64,000 bases of DNA, taken from positions 62,001-126,000 of the forward strand of contig NW_002060969.1 in NCBI RefSeq assembly GCF_000150275.1, read 5' to 3'. The notes under the pieces were generated by a model. That model searched no databases and was not told the origin of the DNA. It was given only the letters and a program-made list of their open reading frames with translations. Source of the DNA: Trichoplax adhaerens (taxonomy: Eukaryota > Animalia > Placozoa). Below are positions 39,402-52,115 of the stretch, piece by piece; within the stretch, counting starts at the first letter, position 1, and the number at the start of each line of letters is the position of its first letter. The position numbers and the translations under genes are program-made.

Positions 39402-42063
39402 ATGGCGCCCCTTGCTTTCAATCGAGGGTATAAATTTCTACGATTGATTCAATACAAATTTATCATTTATTATTTCATCACAATCTTTACTTTGCAACTA
39501 GAGTGTGTAAAATCTAATAAACTTCTAGCTAAGGAAGATTCATTTCATTATACTACGAATGGTTTAACCGAAATTTCTGTTAATGACACCATTGTTGATG
39601 TTACTCATCCTTTGAAAGAGGATCGAATTAGGCGTTCACATAACCAACTCCTAAATTCGACGACGATTCTATCTATTTTACCTTTAACAGCTACCGCCAA
39701 GTTTAAAGATAACGGCGCTTTAAGTTTTCCAGCTTACACAAAGATACATTGCCGTATAGTTGGTAGGCAAATAACGCCGACAACTCAAGTTGGGTTTTCT
39801 GTAACACATGGAGAAAGCGGACATTCATGCGATGTTGTGGGTAGTATTGCCCCCTCCGATGTTATTGTAGATGACTTGACTAAAAACATATCTGGAAACT
39901 TTTCCTTCTCAACTGATAAAATTGGCATTACTTTTTATCTTTGCACGCGTCAATCTAGAAATGACACTTGGGTACACCAAGGACGAGAACCCTGGCTGAC
40001 TATAGAAGCTTTTGGCATTCCCTTACCGTTGTTTGTGAAGATATTATTTCTGATTGCCTTGCTTTTACTATCAGGATTATTTAGCGGACTTAATTTAGGA
40101 CTAATGGCCCTAGATCCGACAGAATTACAAGTAGTCATTACGGCTGGCAACGAAACTGAACAGAAATATGCGAAAGTAATCGAACCTATTCGACGACATG
40201 GAAATTATCTCCTGTGTACCATCTTACTGGGCAACGTCTTAGTAAATAATACATTAACTATTTTATTAGATGATATCACGTCAGGGATAGTAGCTGTCAT
40301 TGGTGCAACAATTTCTATTGTCATACTTGGAGAGATTATACCACAATCTATCTGTTCCAGATATGGTTTAGCAATTGGCGCTAGGACTATCTGGTTGACT
40401 AAATTATTCATGGTTGTTACGGCTCCATTATCTTACCCATTAAGTATGATCCTTGACTGGATTCTTGGAGCTGAAATTGGTCGTATTTACACTCGAGAAA
40501 AATTATTGAAGTTTCTTGAGATAACCAAGAAACACAATGACATTGAAAACGATGAAATGCAAATGATATCAGGTGTACTTAATTTTAAGAAGAAAACTGT
40601 AGTAGACGTCATGACTAAATACGAAGACGTTTTTATGCTCGAAATCGACTCTATTTTAGACTTCGATACAATCGACAGAATCTACCAAAGTGGTCACAGT
40701 CGAATCCCAGTCTATGAAGGAGATTGTTGTAGCGTGGTCTCAATTTTACACGTGAAAGATTTGGCTTTTGTTGATCCGGATGATAGATCACCTTTGCGAG
40801 CTATCGTCGAATTTCACAACCGTCCCGTAAATTGGGTGTACGATGATACGTCATTAGATAGAATGTTAGATTATTTTAAGAAAGGTATTTCTCACATGGT
40901 ACTGATTAAGGTGGTTCGACAAGTTGACGATCGTGATCCAGTATATGATATACTTGGAGTTGTTACTCTGGAAGACGTGATTGAAGAACTGATACAAAGC
41001 GAAATCGTTGATGAGACCGACGTTTACAGTATGTTGATACTATTTTCAATTATATTTATTACTGTTAATAAAATACAAATTATTTTTTGAACTTAGAATA
41101 TTAACACTTTCTTTAGTAACACTATATACTTTTCATTTACTCATTTCGATTTCGTTCAACCCTACATGTAGCTATGTTAAGATAATTAATTAAATCAGGG
41201 TATTGTTTTTAAAATATAGTCGACAACAGGTCTCGGAAGCCAGTCCCAAATCGAAAGAATATTATTGATTTGTCGATGTATCGCGATGCTGATTCAGTTT
41301 CGTTATCGCCTCAACAAACCTTAGCCGTGTTTCGTTACCTTTCTTCAGGTATGTGATGATGACTGATTTAATTGGTGACGAAATTAGTTATCTTTAATTA
41401 AATACGATTGCTGCTTATATTGCAAACTGTTGTAAGTATCAAATATCTTAATCTATTACTTCATGGCGGTAAAATTCTTCATTAGTTGTAGATCCATTTT
41501 TTGAAGAGTTTATATCAGAAACGATCCTTAAACGTCTGCTAAAGAAAGAGGTTGTCTTCGACCTTCATGTTGCAGGTGCAACCGTTAGCAAAAAAACTTT
41601 GTACGAAAGCGGTATACCGGCTGATTACTTCATTATGATTGTGGAAGGAAAGGTATCTGTTATCGTTGGCGCAGAGAATCTCGGATTTGAAAGTGGGTCA
41701 TTTTCGTATTTCGGTGCTCCATGCTTAATTAAGAAAATGCCAGATAGTACGAATAAAATCAGCAGCATAAATTTGTGCGACCAGGAGCTAAAAAATCCGA
41801 CTAATTGCTCAAATTCTTCCACTTTTATACCGGATTATTCAGTATATGCCATCACAGACTTACTCTATATCAAGGTAACTGCTACTCAATATATTGCTGC
41901 TAGGCAAGCTACGGAATACGAAAGAACTAGGTCCTCATTTCGTAGTAATGATAAAAGTAACTTGCACAACATGAAGGAATCTTCCAAGAACTTACCTGAA
42001 GACTGCCTAGCTATTAGTATCTCTGCTAGCAACTTAAGAAAATCGAATGAAAGCTTAGTATGA
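39402..42063 (+). CDS. CNNM: CNNM Mg2+ transport protein (ectodomain, DUF21, CBS pair, CNBH); exons 39402-41028, 41220-41348, 41486-42063
   Basis: LSGLFSGLNLGLMALDP, LLCTILLGNVLVN, GEIIPQSICSR, SGHSRIPVY, KDLAFVDPDD, GVVTLEDVIEELI, ADYFIMIVEGKV. GT-AG junctions keep frame. Confidence 0.97.
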
Positions 42064-43279
42064 AACCCTTATTTGTAAAAATAATTTTACTGGTATCACT
42101 ACGTTTATACACGTATCGCAGCATCACAAGACTTGATATTAACTTATTCACTTTATTCGAAGATTGCTTAAAGTTTCATACTGATGTGAACATCGAGGTT
42201 GAAAAATTTTATGTATATTTCTTAATGATCATTTTATTAGCTGGTTAGTGATACCTACCCTTTTCTGGATGCATAAGTTGTCAAGAACAGGGATGGCCAT
42301 AGCTGTAGACCATATATGTTGAGTTATCTACTGTATAATATCATGATCTGACATTTATATTGTATGATGAGCGTGTAGTATTGGAATACACAGTAATGGA
42401 AATGATATTGTTAAGCTAAGATTCTTGGGATAATTCAATCATGATTTCTTTGGTCTTATTGATTCTATTTTAATGAAGGATGATTTTTGTTTGATAATAT
42501 GCTGCTTTATTTTTAGGGTGACTGTATCTACTATATATACGTTGAAGTTTTTCATCATGAATATAAATAACTCTTATAGAATAAATCTAGTTCTATTCAC
42601 TGTTTATCATCCATTCCACACTGCTAGAAGTGACATGTTTAGACTAAAAGAAGCCAGTAACGAGACTAGCAGCTAGCAGAGAGTAGTCCTTGGCTAAAAT
42701 ATATATGGATATTACAATATATATGCAATCTACAATTTTATAATATGAATTTTTTATACGTACAATAAACAAATTATGCTGATGGCTTATACTCGCATAA
42801 GGAGTATAGATGTTATGTATCTATATTATTTTACACGTTAGTTACTCCGCGAGTAGCTCGTAGATTAAACCTTTTTATTACGCAACTCGTGCTTTTATAC
42901 TTCCACTATATGCCATCATGATATGCGACCTTCGCTAGCTACATTTAGGGCTATGATCTACAGTATAAAATGTAAGACCTCCCTCATTTTGTTCTAGTAG
43001 TCCGCATGAGTCAATCTATGGCTTATTTTTGTTTAAGTAGCCCGCAATCTAAATCAATCATGCTTCAATGTTACTGTTCAGTACCGTAACGAAGTGTACA
43101 TAAGCTCTCGTCTCTTCCTTTCAGTAATACCCAGTTATATACTGAGCAGGAAAGAAAGTTTTACTTTTTGTAAGCTACAGTATACACTACAATACTGCAC
43201 TGTATGTACTAAAAAATTTTTTTTCCCTTCTATTTTTTAAATCATCGAAATGATTTCACTATTTTTTTACTGAAAACTG

Positions 43280-43316
43280 TAAAGTTGTCCCTTTTGGGCC
43301 AACGTAGACTACTGTA
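43280..43316 (+). repeat. Dispersed repeat, copy 2
   Basis: TAAAGTTGTCCCTTTTGGGCCAACGTAGA, matching 4079-4107; ends CTG-TA. Confidence 0.8.
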
Positions 43317-45358
43317 TGATCCACACCACAACAGTACACGGGAGTACAGCACTGTATACAGTATCTGGATTTTATATTTCATGGAGTCGAGTATCCTTAG
43401 AAATTAAAATACTGCTATCCTCTTATACTGCACAGTATTCTAGACCATATACGATACAGTGCTGTAGGATACAGAAATCAGTTTGCTTAATGATTTATAA
43501 TTATACTGTATATATAATTATTAAAGAGAGAAAAGTACGTACTACGCCGCGCTTCTGCATATTTGCACATTCACGTTAGTACAGTTTCATTTATTATATA
43601 CGATACGAAAATCGTAAGAATTTACAGTGTTGTAAACGGTAATGCTGTACTGTGTCTTTTTAATTAACTTAAAGACTTCAAGAACTCAAGATTGAAATTT
43701 AATTTAATTTATTTATTTCTGAAGTTATAAGTTATACTGATCGGAATACTGTACTGTACTCTATTAAATAATGTAGTACGCGTACTTACAGTATCATAAT
43801 TATAATGAGATAGATTTGTGTGCATATAATGTGCTCAGTCATCAACAGCATCTTATCGTATTCTCTGCGAAGTGTAGCAAGCTTACTAGTTATATACTTA
43901 CCTAAATTTATCTTTACAACTAGTGTACGTGGATAAATACGCCCGCTGAAGATGTCTAGTACCCCCATCGCTCGTAATACTCGCGTACCTTACTTACATT
44001 TTTACTAATATGTATATGTTAACATATACATACTCGCATAGTCTTTACTTGTCCAATTTTACTTTATGTATTAGCATGTCACAGAGTACAGTGTTCGTAT
44101 AGTGTACACTTGCTTCTCGAAATTTAGAGCATTGTGATTAGTTTAGCTTTAAATACATTTAATTCAATTTTAGTAGCGTTGCTTTCGTATAGTCTTGACA
44201 AGCAGACAGTAAATTCCTTGAGTTAATTATACGATTGTTGTATATATATAATGATACTGTAGTAGCTTACGCGTGCAATAATAATAACGACGTTGTGTGT
44301 GCAGTTCTTTCTCTTTTAGTACGGTCGGTATTCCTAGCGGTCGCAGGTGCATATAATCACAATTTCTGATTAACTAAATTATAGCCTGTTGCAGAGCATT
44401 TACGGCTACAATCTGTAAATATCGTGTAAACTAAAACTTAGCTCTGTATTCTGGTTATCTTGTAGATATGTTATGCACAATAACTGATGGCACATATCAG
44501 ATAAGATACTGTGCAGTATTATTAGCTTTTCTGCGTATAACTTTATATATACACTTTCTATGCCAAGGTGCGTAACAGGGTCGGGTGTAGTGGGATAGAT
44601 ATAGATTATGATGACTTATTTTTACAATAGTACTGTAGGTAACAGATATATAATTGTATATTGATTAGTTTAAGTTCCTATGGTACAGTATTAGTGTAAT
44701 GCTGCTTTTTGAGTATATTAAACTCTTTATTAAGTTAATGAATACTGCGATGTAAAGCAATTACGAATTTCTAGTGAGTAATAAATAGATTTAGTAAAAA
44801 ACCTATGAAAGCCTAGAAACTTCGATCTCTTAAAATCTCTTCGTAATAGCAATTAGAGTTACGAACAGTAGACCAATTTAAAAATCATCAAAAATCTTAA
44901 TAATTCGAAATCCACACAATTACTCTAATTCAAGACATAAACTTATGGCATATTAATTTCACGAGATTATTCTTTTCCATTTGAGAACTAAATGTAATGA
45001 AGTAATCATCAATTACGTTTTATTGATTAATGAAAGGTGAGCTTATAATCATTCAGTAACAATTTTTATAGATAACAGTAAAGTAAAACATAAAATAATA
45101 AAATTCACATTACGTAAGCCTGTAATCACATTTCATTGTAAATCGCGCACTATAAAGCTTTATTGTGTCATCTGAAATAACCATAGCATCAAAGATGTAA
45201 AGTAACTATAAAAATTCGACATACTGAACACAATTAGAATCAAACGATGTATCACGAATACTTGATGTTGATATTAAGCTAAATTAATTGTTTAATATTA
45301 CGCCACCATTGATCAAATACCGCGATTTACTAATTTATATTGTAAGCTACTTACGTAA

Positions 45359-46312
45359 TCATGCATTATATCGATCAAAGTAAATATGACCTTGATCGTG
45401 ATTATCATATTGGTGATTGTAGCTATAATACTTAGTTATTGTAGCGGTATGATGTATATTGTACATTACCGTAGTCGGTTCTGGAATATATTTTGTGATA
45501 GTCCGATAGATGGTATGGTAACTGACTAGTGACCTACTTTTATACGTTTGTTTGGCATTTATACTAATGTGCTCCTTATCAACAGAAGGACGAATATTTA
45601 ACGGTAAATATTTCTTGAGATCTTTAAAGTAAAATTTGTTATATTGGATACTCGGTACCGGTGCTTTATGGATTGAATTACGATATTTTTCTCCTTGATA
45701 GCTTTTACGATATGGTAAAGTTGTATAATCTTTCGGAATAATTTTCTTAATCATATTCCCTAAAAACAGGCGTAATGGATACTATCAGCTTATCCTATAT
45801 TAAATCTTCTTACATAAATGAAAAATACTATTGCAGAGTGTAATAATAACTCGTGTAGATGGACAAGGATTATAGAGATAAAGAAACGATCTTTATAAAA
45901 GAAACAGATATACCCAACTGGCAAAGATCAGCTTTAACATGGAGCTAACGTACAGTAGAGACGCAACGACTGCGTCAGTTACATCTAACAGCAAGATATA
46001 CAGCAACATATATAGTGCAGTACAGTAAGCGTACAATCGTGTGATATATCGTGGTACGTTACTGAGTTAGATAAAGAGTCATTAAACGAGCATGTATGAA
46101 TAGACATACAGTGGGTCGTACGACACAGAGTAATGCAGCAAATTGGAAAATCTTAAACGTTTAATATCAGCACTTATAAGTAACTTCTTCAGTGACTTCT
46201 TCGTACCATTTCCTTTCTCACTAATGGGATAAGAAGAAATAGAGCCTAAGGAAGGTTCAATAATGGCTATCAGTATTTTAAGTCCAAGTAAAAATAAGGT
46301 GATGTGTTTCAT
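45359..46312 (-). CDS. Secreted Tyr/Lys/Thr-rich protein of unknown function, about 168 aa; exons 46312-46207 and 45759-45359
   Basis: Signal-like MKHITLFLLGLKILIAIIEPSLG, in-frame phase-1 GT-AG intron, TATA at 46353-46360, TIYRTITKYI motif resembling the neighbouring gene. Confidence 0.72.
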
Positions 46313-47989
46313 TCTGATGTTGAAAAGAAATATGATTTATACAACAGTACTGTATTTATATTCTCATCGATAAGTTCACTACTTGTTACACTTACACAAA
46401 AGGTAATAACGACAATAACTAGGGGTAAATAACATCGCAAAGGCAGAATATTCGTATAGAATCCGAATCAGATAAAGCAAATGGAGTTGTTTGGTATGGA
46501 TCCAATATGAATATTAGACCTTTAAAAAGGTACAGACCATACAGTACTCCTACTTACTAAGCATAGAGGAGTATCTCTATTTAATTTTTAATTATCAGTC
46601 CCAATGTGCAAAATTTACTAATTGCATATCACAACACTTTTAGAATAACAAGTAAACAATCTTTTCTCACACTAAATCACTATTTTGTTGCCCGAGAGAT
46701 GAGGGCATGCCGTGAATTAGGATCCTGTTGATCATCTATCTGGTTTGGCATTGGTCTACATCATGAACAATATTTACGATTAAAAATATATTTATTAATG
46801 ATTTGACAGACAGATGCTAATTGTGTTAGTACCGATTATCGAACTTACTTATATCGTCTTAGCGGAGATAATCTATTTTAACACGGAAACAGTGTTATTT
46901 TTCTCATATAGTATTTGTTCACATATCATCTTTAAATCTGTTTGAAAGATAACGGGGTGAGTTGGTCTAATTGCAGTGTATCGGCATCGAGTATAAAATT
47001 GCTTAACATTGTCAGAAGTGTGATCGATCATTCGGACATAATGTGCAAGTTCAGCTAGTCTCTGATAAGCAAATTTTTAGTTACAGTTTACAAATTACAA
47101 CAGTTTCACATGGCATGCATGCTGTACGACTCGGTCCAATGCTATTAGGGCAGGCACAAATACGCGCATAGTATAATTAGTAAAAAATTGATTAGGCTAG
47201 ATACGAGAACTAGTTCACTTGGTCTTGATTTATTTTAGCAGCGCAATTTAAGCAATTAAGTGAGTTTTAGCAGACTGTAAATGTTCTAAATATCGGAAGT
47301 CGCTCTGTGAAGATTATATGATGCAGTACAAATATTATCCTGTAACACAATGTCCAGCCAAATTCAACGATAAATCCAAAAATATGTCGACTGACTATTT
47401 CTCTGGTCATTTTAACCAGGGACTGTAACAGTTTTACGTTAAGTCTTTATTCGAGGGCCTGTCTTGCTCCTTACTCTTATTACATTTACGACCGTCGCAA
47501 CTAGTCTCTTATCCAGTGAATATAATGTATACGTTGTACAGTACAGTATATCAAACGTTATCATACTGTACTATCTATCCCTAATACCTTAATACGGTAT
47601 TCATATCTAAAGCGTAACAAGTCATAAGCAGCACATCCAATACTATGAACCACACGAATGTTCAATGTACATACAATGACCGTACAGTATACCGTCACAT
47701 CTCCTTCTTTATCTAAGTACTAGTTCATACAGTACTGTATAGTGCAATCATCGAGCTATGTTAAGCTACAATGATGTATACCGTTACGGGGACTTCTCGA
47801 AAGTAGTTGCTGTTTTAACTATACAGTACTGTACAAATTTGAGTGAGTGAACATACAGTATAAAATCGTATACTGTTCTGTACTGTACAGTATACAGTAA
47901 GAAGTTTTCTGATACGCGTATAACTTGCTAATGGCGGTTCTACACTCTACACTCTCTACCAGTGTTGTGCGTTTTTGGAAATGCAGTAC

Positions 47990-48093
47990 GGTTAAACGAA
48001 AACTGAGTTTACTATTATTCCTACTCTGCACGTTTAAACGCAAACCGCGTTTTTAGATAGTCCAAAAGCCGTGTTTAAACGAAAACACGTTTT
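47990..48093. repeat. Three spaced imperfect repeats of about 21 bp, 41-42 bp period
   Basis: GGTTAAACGAAAACTGAGTTT / GTTTAAACGCAAACCGCGTTT / GTTTAAACGAAAACACGTTT; TTAAACG starts at 47992, 48034 and 48075. Confidence 0.7.
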
Positions 48094-49031
48094 CTAAGGG
48101 TAAAAGAACGTGTCTTTTTTACCAATATGTCCTTACAATACACGGAGAGTATATCAACTCACTTCGGTTGAAATAAAACCATCATGACGTTTTTAACAAA
48201 CGTGCGTTCCTCTTCGTGGTCTACCTCCTTTCATTAATTACATTATAATACGTATAATTAATTAATGAATCCCATCTAACCCGTAACACTACGATGTACA
48301 GTATACAGTATACGTGTATAAGAAGTGTATTCAACATGTAGTGCGAGTAGGATAGTACTTTCATGCTTAACTAGATTAATAAGTTGCATGTAAACATATT
48401 AGTAAAGTACACTACTGTTACTCTTCATTTTTGTCGTTAACTTAAGGACTGAATGCATATTGTAAATTATATAAGTCTTTTACGCTATCATCTTATTTTC
48501 ATATATAGTATTAGTTATACTGTACCAATTCACTTTCATAAAGAAATAATGTATAAGTACACGTGCTCTGAGTAGCAACGAATGTCGAGAAAGATTCAAT
48601 TTTTTCAATAATCTGCTGCGAGTATTTTGACTGATTTATATTTTAATTGCTCAAAAGTGCGATAAAAGTTATTAATCCTACCCTAGACGCCATGGTCTAC
48701 TATTTGATGGAATGACATTGACGCAGATTCTAATATCTAGCTAAGTATAATCGAATACAGTAATAAACTTTAACTTTATGTTGAGTCAGAACACGGGTGA
48801 CTGGTTATACCAAACTATTCATTACAAACAATAAAGGAGAAAAAATGTTAGGAATCGAACTTTATTTAGTTAAAATGATACTTATGAAAATATAGTGCGC
48901 TATCTATTAGTACAATATTTTATAAATTGGAAAGGGTGATAATTATAGCCTTGACATGGACAATCCGTAATTCAAATGTATTTAAGTGGGTCGTAGTTTA
49001 TCAAAAATTGCCAGTGTAAGCTGTGTTAACA

Positions 49032-50549
49032 CTAATTATATTGTTCGTAATAAATATTATCTGCAGTACGATAAATAATCGATGTGACTGTAGTTGGTTC
49101 GTAACGAGTCAAAGTGTAAACGCTTGTAAACGACCTTGTTTGAAAATCGGTTTCAGTTACTGTTTCACGGTTTGTTGCAATTGAACGAACCGTCGTTGAA
49201 CGAATAACAGTTGGTGTTGATGTAGTGGTTGAGTATTCAGTTACGGTGTAAAAATTATTTTGTGGGTTATAGCCTTTCAACGTAAATGCTACAGTTTTAG
49301 TAGCTGTCTGTCTTACTATTGTTGGACTAAAAACTGTCCTATATTCTGTTGCGGTTCTGGTTGTTGTAATTAAACTTCTTAATGTAGACGATAACGTCAT
49401 GAAACTACTCACGGTAGTAACTGACGTGGTGGTGGTAGTTGAGTAATCAGTATAATATTTTGTGATTGGTTGATATATGGTTATTAGATCCGTTACGTAA
49501 AAGTGTTCTTCATCTTGAAGAGTTTTAACTTTCTCATGTTTCTGTTTAAAGCTAGTTAAACCAGGAGTGCGCCCTGTATTGTACGTAAATACAACATATT
49601 AATTACAACCAGATTGGTTATTGTTAAATATGGATTATATCATTATTTACAACGTAAAGAATATACGTATATGTATATTCAAGCTCCATTACTGGAGAAA
49701 GAATATCGAAAATCAAAATTAGAGGCAAAGAATAATATGCTGGAAAATCATTGCCCAAATCTATAGATATACCGTCGGACGATTTTATTTCGGAGTTATT
49801 ATGCAAAGCTACTATTACAATTTACCATAGCACTAGATGATCTGATTATCAATTTCAACACCAATTAATCCAATGAAATCTTTAAATTTAAGATATTCTA
49901 AATAAAGAATCCTAATGTATTGCAAAATACCAAGAATATAAACATTCTTGAAAATATTACTTGGTCAGTATGGTCTATAAAATATTTATGCAACTATTTG
50001 AAAGATTGTGTTCTAATAGGTATTTATTGAGCTAATCGCAAAAAGGAGCCATAAAAGATGAAGCGGGCTTGAATCAAATTAAAGAACGAATTTTTAAACA
50101 ATATGAATTCATCCGAATTAGGGCAATACATGAGTTAGTAATTAATTCATAAACTTTCAAGATAACATACCTTTATTCTTACAGACCGATATGTCACAAT
50201 AAGCCCAAGACTTTAAGTTAATATAGCACCATGGTCCTCCCATTTTGCGATCAGGATTTCTACAGTAGTTGTGATTGTAACTATATTTCGAGCTATCATG
50301 GCTGAAATGGTTATTCCAATAAATACACTTCTCTCCATGCTTGGTTATACTTGTCTTTCCTTGGTAATTATATCCATAGTCCGTGGGATCGAAGCAATCA
50401 CCTAAATTTTTATATTGATTCTTCTGATACCAATCAATGTTGCGTTCTTGTTTGAATAGTGGATGAATATGATATGAATTTGCTTCACATACGAAGATAT
50501 AGTTATTGATATATAACAAATACGTAATTAACTCAAACGCTATCATCAT
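49032..50549 (-). CDS. Secreted kringle + Thr-rich protein A, about 306 aa; exons 50549-50171 and 49573-49032
   Basis: Hydrophobic N-terminus, six-Cys kringle (YQGKTS...NHNYCRNPD...PWCY...YCDISVC), in-frame phase-1 intron, Thr-rich tail. Confidence 0.88.
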
Positions 50550-50924
50550 ATCAGAAAGACAATTTATCTTCTATATTCACAAAAGGGGTTCGTATTTGAT
50601 TAACAATCTCAATAAGCACCTTTGACTTCGGCGAAGCCTATTTATATCTTTCGCAGTGTTGAATAAGTAAATTTTATTTTGATATCTTCAGTTGTTATTA
50701 AAAACAACAGCAAATATGTTTACCGTAAATATGTTATTGCAAGAATAGTTTCGTTAACACCAACAAAGATATTAATCATAACTGACACTTTCGGACCCTA
50801 ATAAATAAGAAAGCTACTGCTTCTTGCCGACACTTGGTTTTTCTTTATGGTATATAAGGACCATTCAATGATAATTTGATTTGATTTTTTGGGGGATCGA
50901 ACTTCATCATTAACTCAATTAATC
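50550..50924. promoter_or_regulatory. 375-bp bidirectional promoter with two outward-facing TATA boxes
   Basis: TATAAATA on - strand at 50639-50646, TATATAAG on + strand at 50851-50858; forkhead-like TGTTTAC (50717) and GTAAATA (50725) between them. Confidence 0.6.
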
Positions 50925-52115
50925 ATGAACGCAATATACTTCTCGAAGATATCACTGGCCATCATGTTGATACATTATAGTTGCTGTAACGCTGTATTTG
51001 GAAAAAAAAACTTTAAAAATCGCTTTATTGCTAAAAGAGACTATCATTTTTACGGAGACATTCGACGTGATTGCTATAATCGAGCCACATTGGGTTCCGA
51101 TTATAGCGGCGAAATTAGTTGGACGCAGTATGGCAAGCCATGCATGTTCTGGAATACTTATGGAAGACGAGGAACAAATTATTTTTCCTATAAGCATAAC
51201 TACTGTAGAAATCCTGATAGAAAGCCTGGAGGGCCATGGTGTTACCACGATTTTAATTCTTGGGGCTACTGCGATGTTCCTAAGTGCAGTAATGCTAAAG
51301 GTATTGATATAACATTTATTGATAAGGAATACTTTCAAGTTACTTCATGATTTGTGGCTTTCAATCATATCGCTCATTGGCGGAAACAGCTATAGATTTG
51401 GTTCATGCAACTTATGTTGTACATTATGATGATTGGTCTGCATGGTATTATTTAACACCATACAGGACGATCATAATCGCAACGAACTTAAAATGATATA
51501 TAAAAAATTGATATTTTATCGCAGCTTGAGATTGTTTTATATGCAGTACGATTAGAGTGATTTTTAGTTAATTCGATGCTTTTGATGCTTGCTTTAGAAT
51601 TGTATTATAGACAACATGAGAAGGAAAAATTATACAAGAAGAAAATTCGCTATTATACAATAACAGAATATATTACAAAACCGGTGTACGTTCCATATAC
51701 TCGCTCATCTATGGTTACTACTACTACAACAGTAACAGCCCTATCACGTTCCCTTGTTACTGTTCCAGTTACTGCGCGAAGTACAAGTCTAGAGGTAGAA
51801 ACTATGACTAAATTTAGAACGGAACAGAGCCTTAAGCTTATAACGACTACTAAGACTACAACAGACTACCTTGATACATTTGGCGATACAATCTTTCCTG
51901 AAATATTTACCTCAAGTATTACAACAACAGCATCAACTACTACCATATTTATTACCGAGACCAGTCAAACAACATTCGACTTAACCGTTACTCGAACTGT
52001 CACCAATTTTGAGACCACAACCATTTTGACAACCTCGCCTGTTACTAGTCGATCAATCATTACTAGAGAAATTTATCGTACGATCGTTAATGATGACTCT
52101 GATTATTTTCTGTAG
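50925..52115 (+). CDS. Secreted kringle + Thr-rich protein B, about 297 aa; exons 50925-51300 and 51598-52115
   Basis: Signal-like N-terminus, six-Cys kringle (YSGEIS...KHNYCRNPD...PWCY...YCDVPKC), in-frame phase-1 intron, Thr-rich tail. Confidence 0.88.

Noticed and set aside
47990-48093. CRISPR-like repeat-spacer appearance
   Set aside because: Eukaryotic context, only three degenerate units and no cas genes; kept as a binding-site array.
50952-51338. Overlapping alternative-frame and antisense ORFs over kringle B
   Set aside because: Shadows of the real coding frame.
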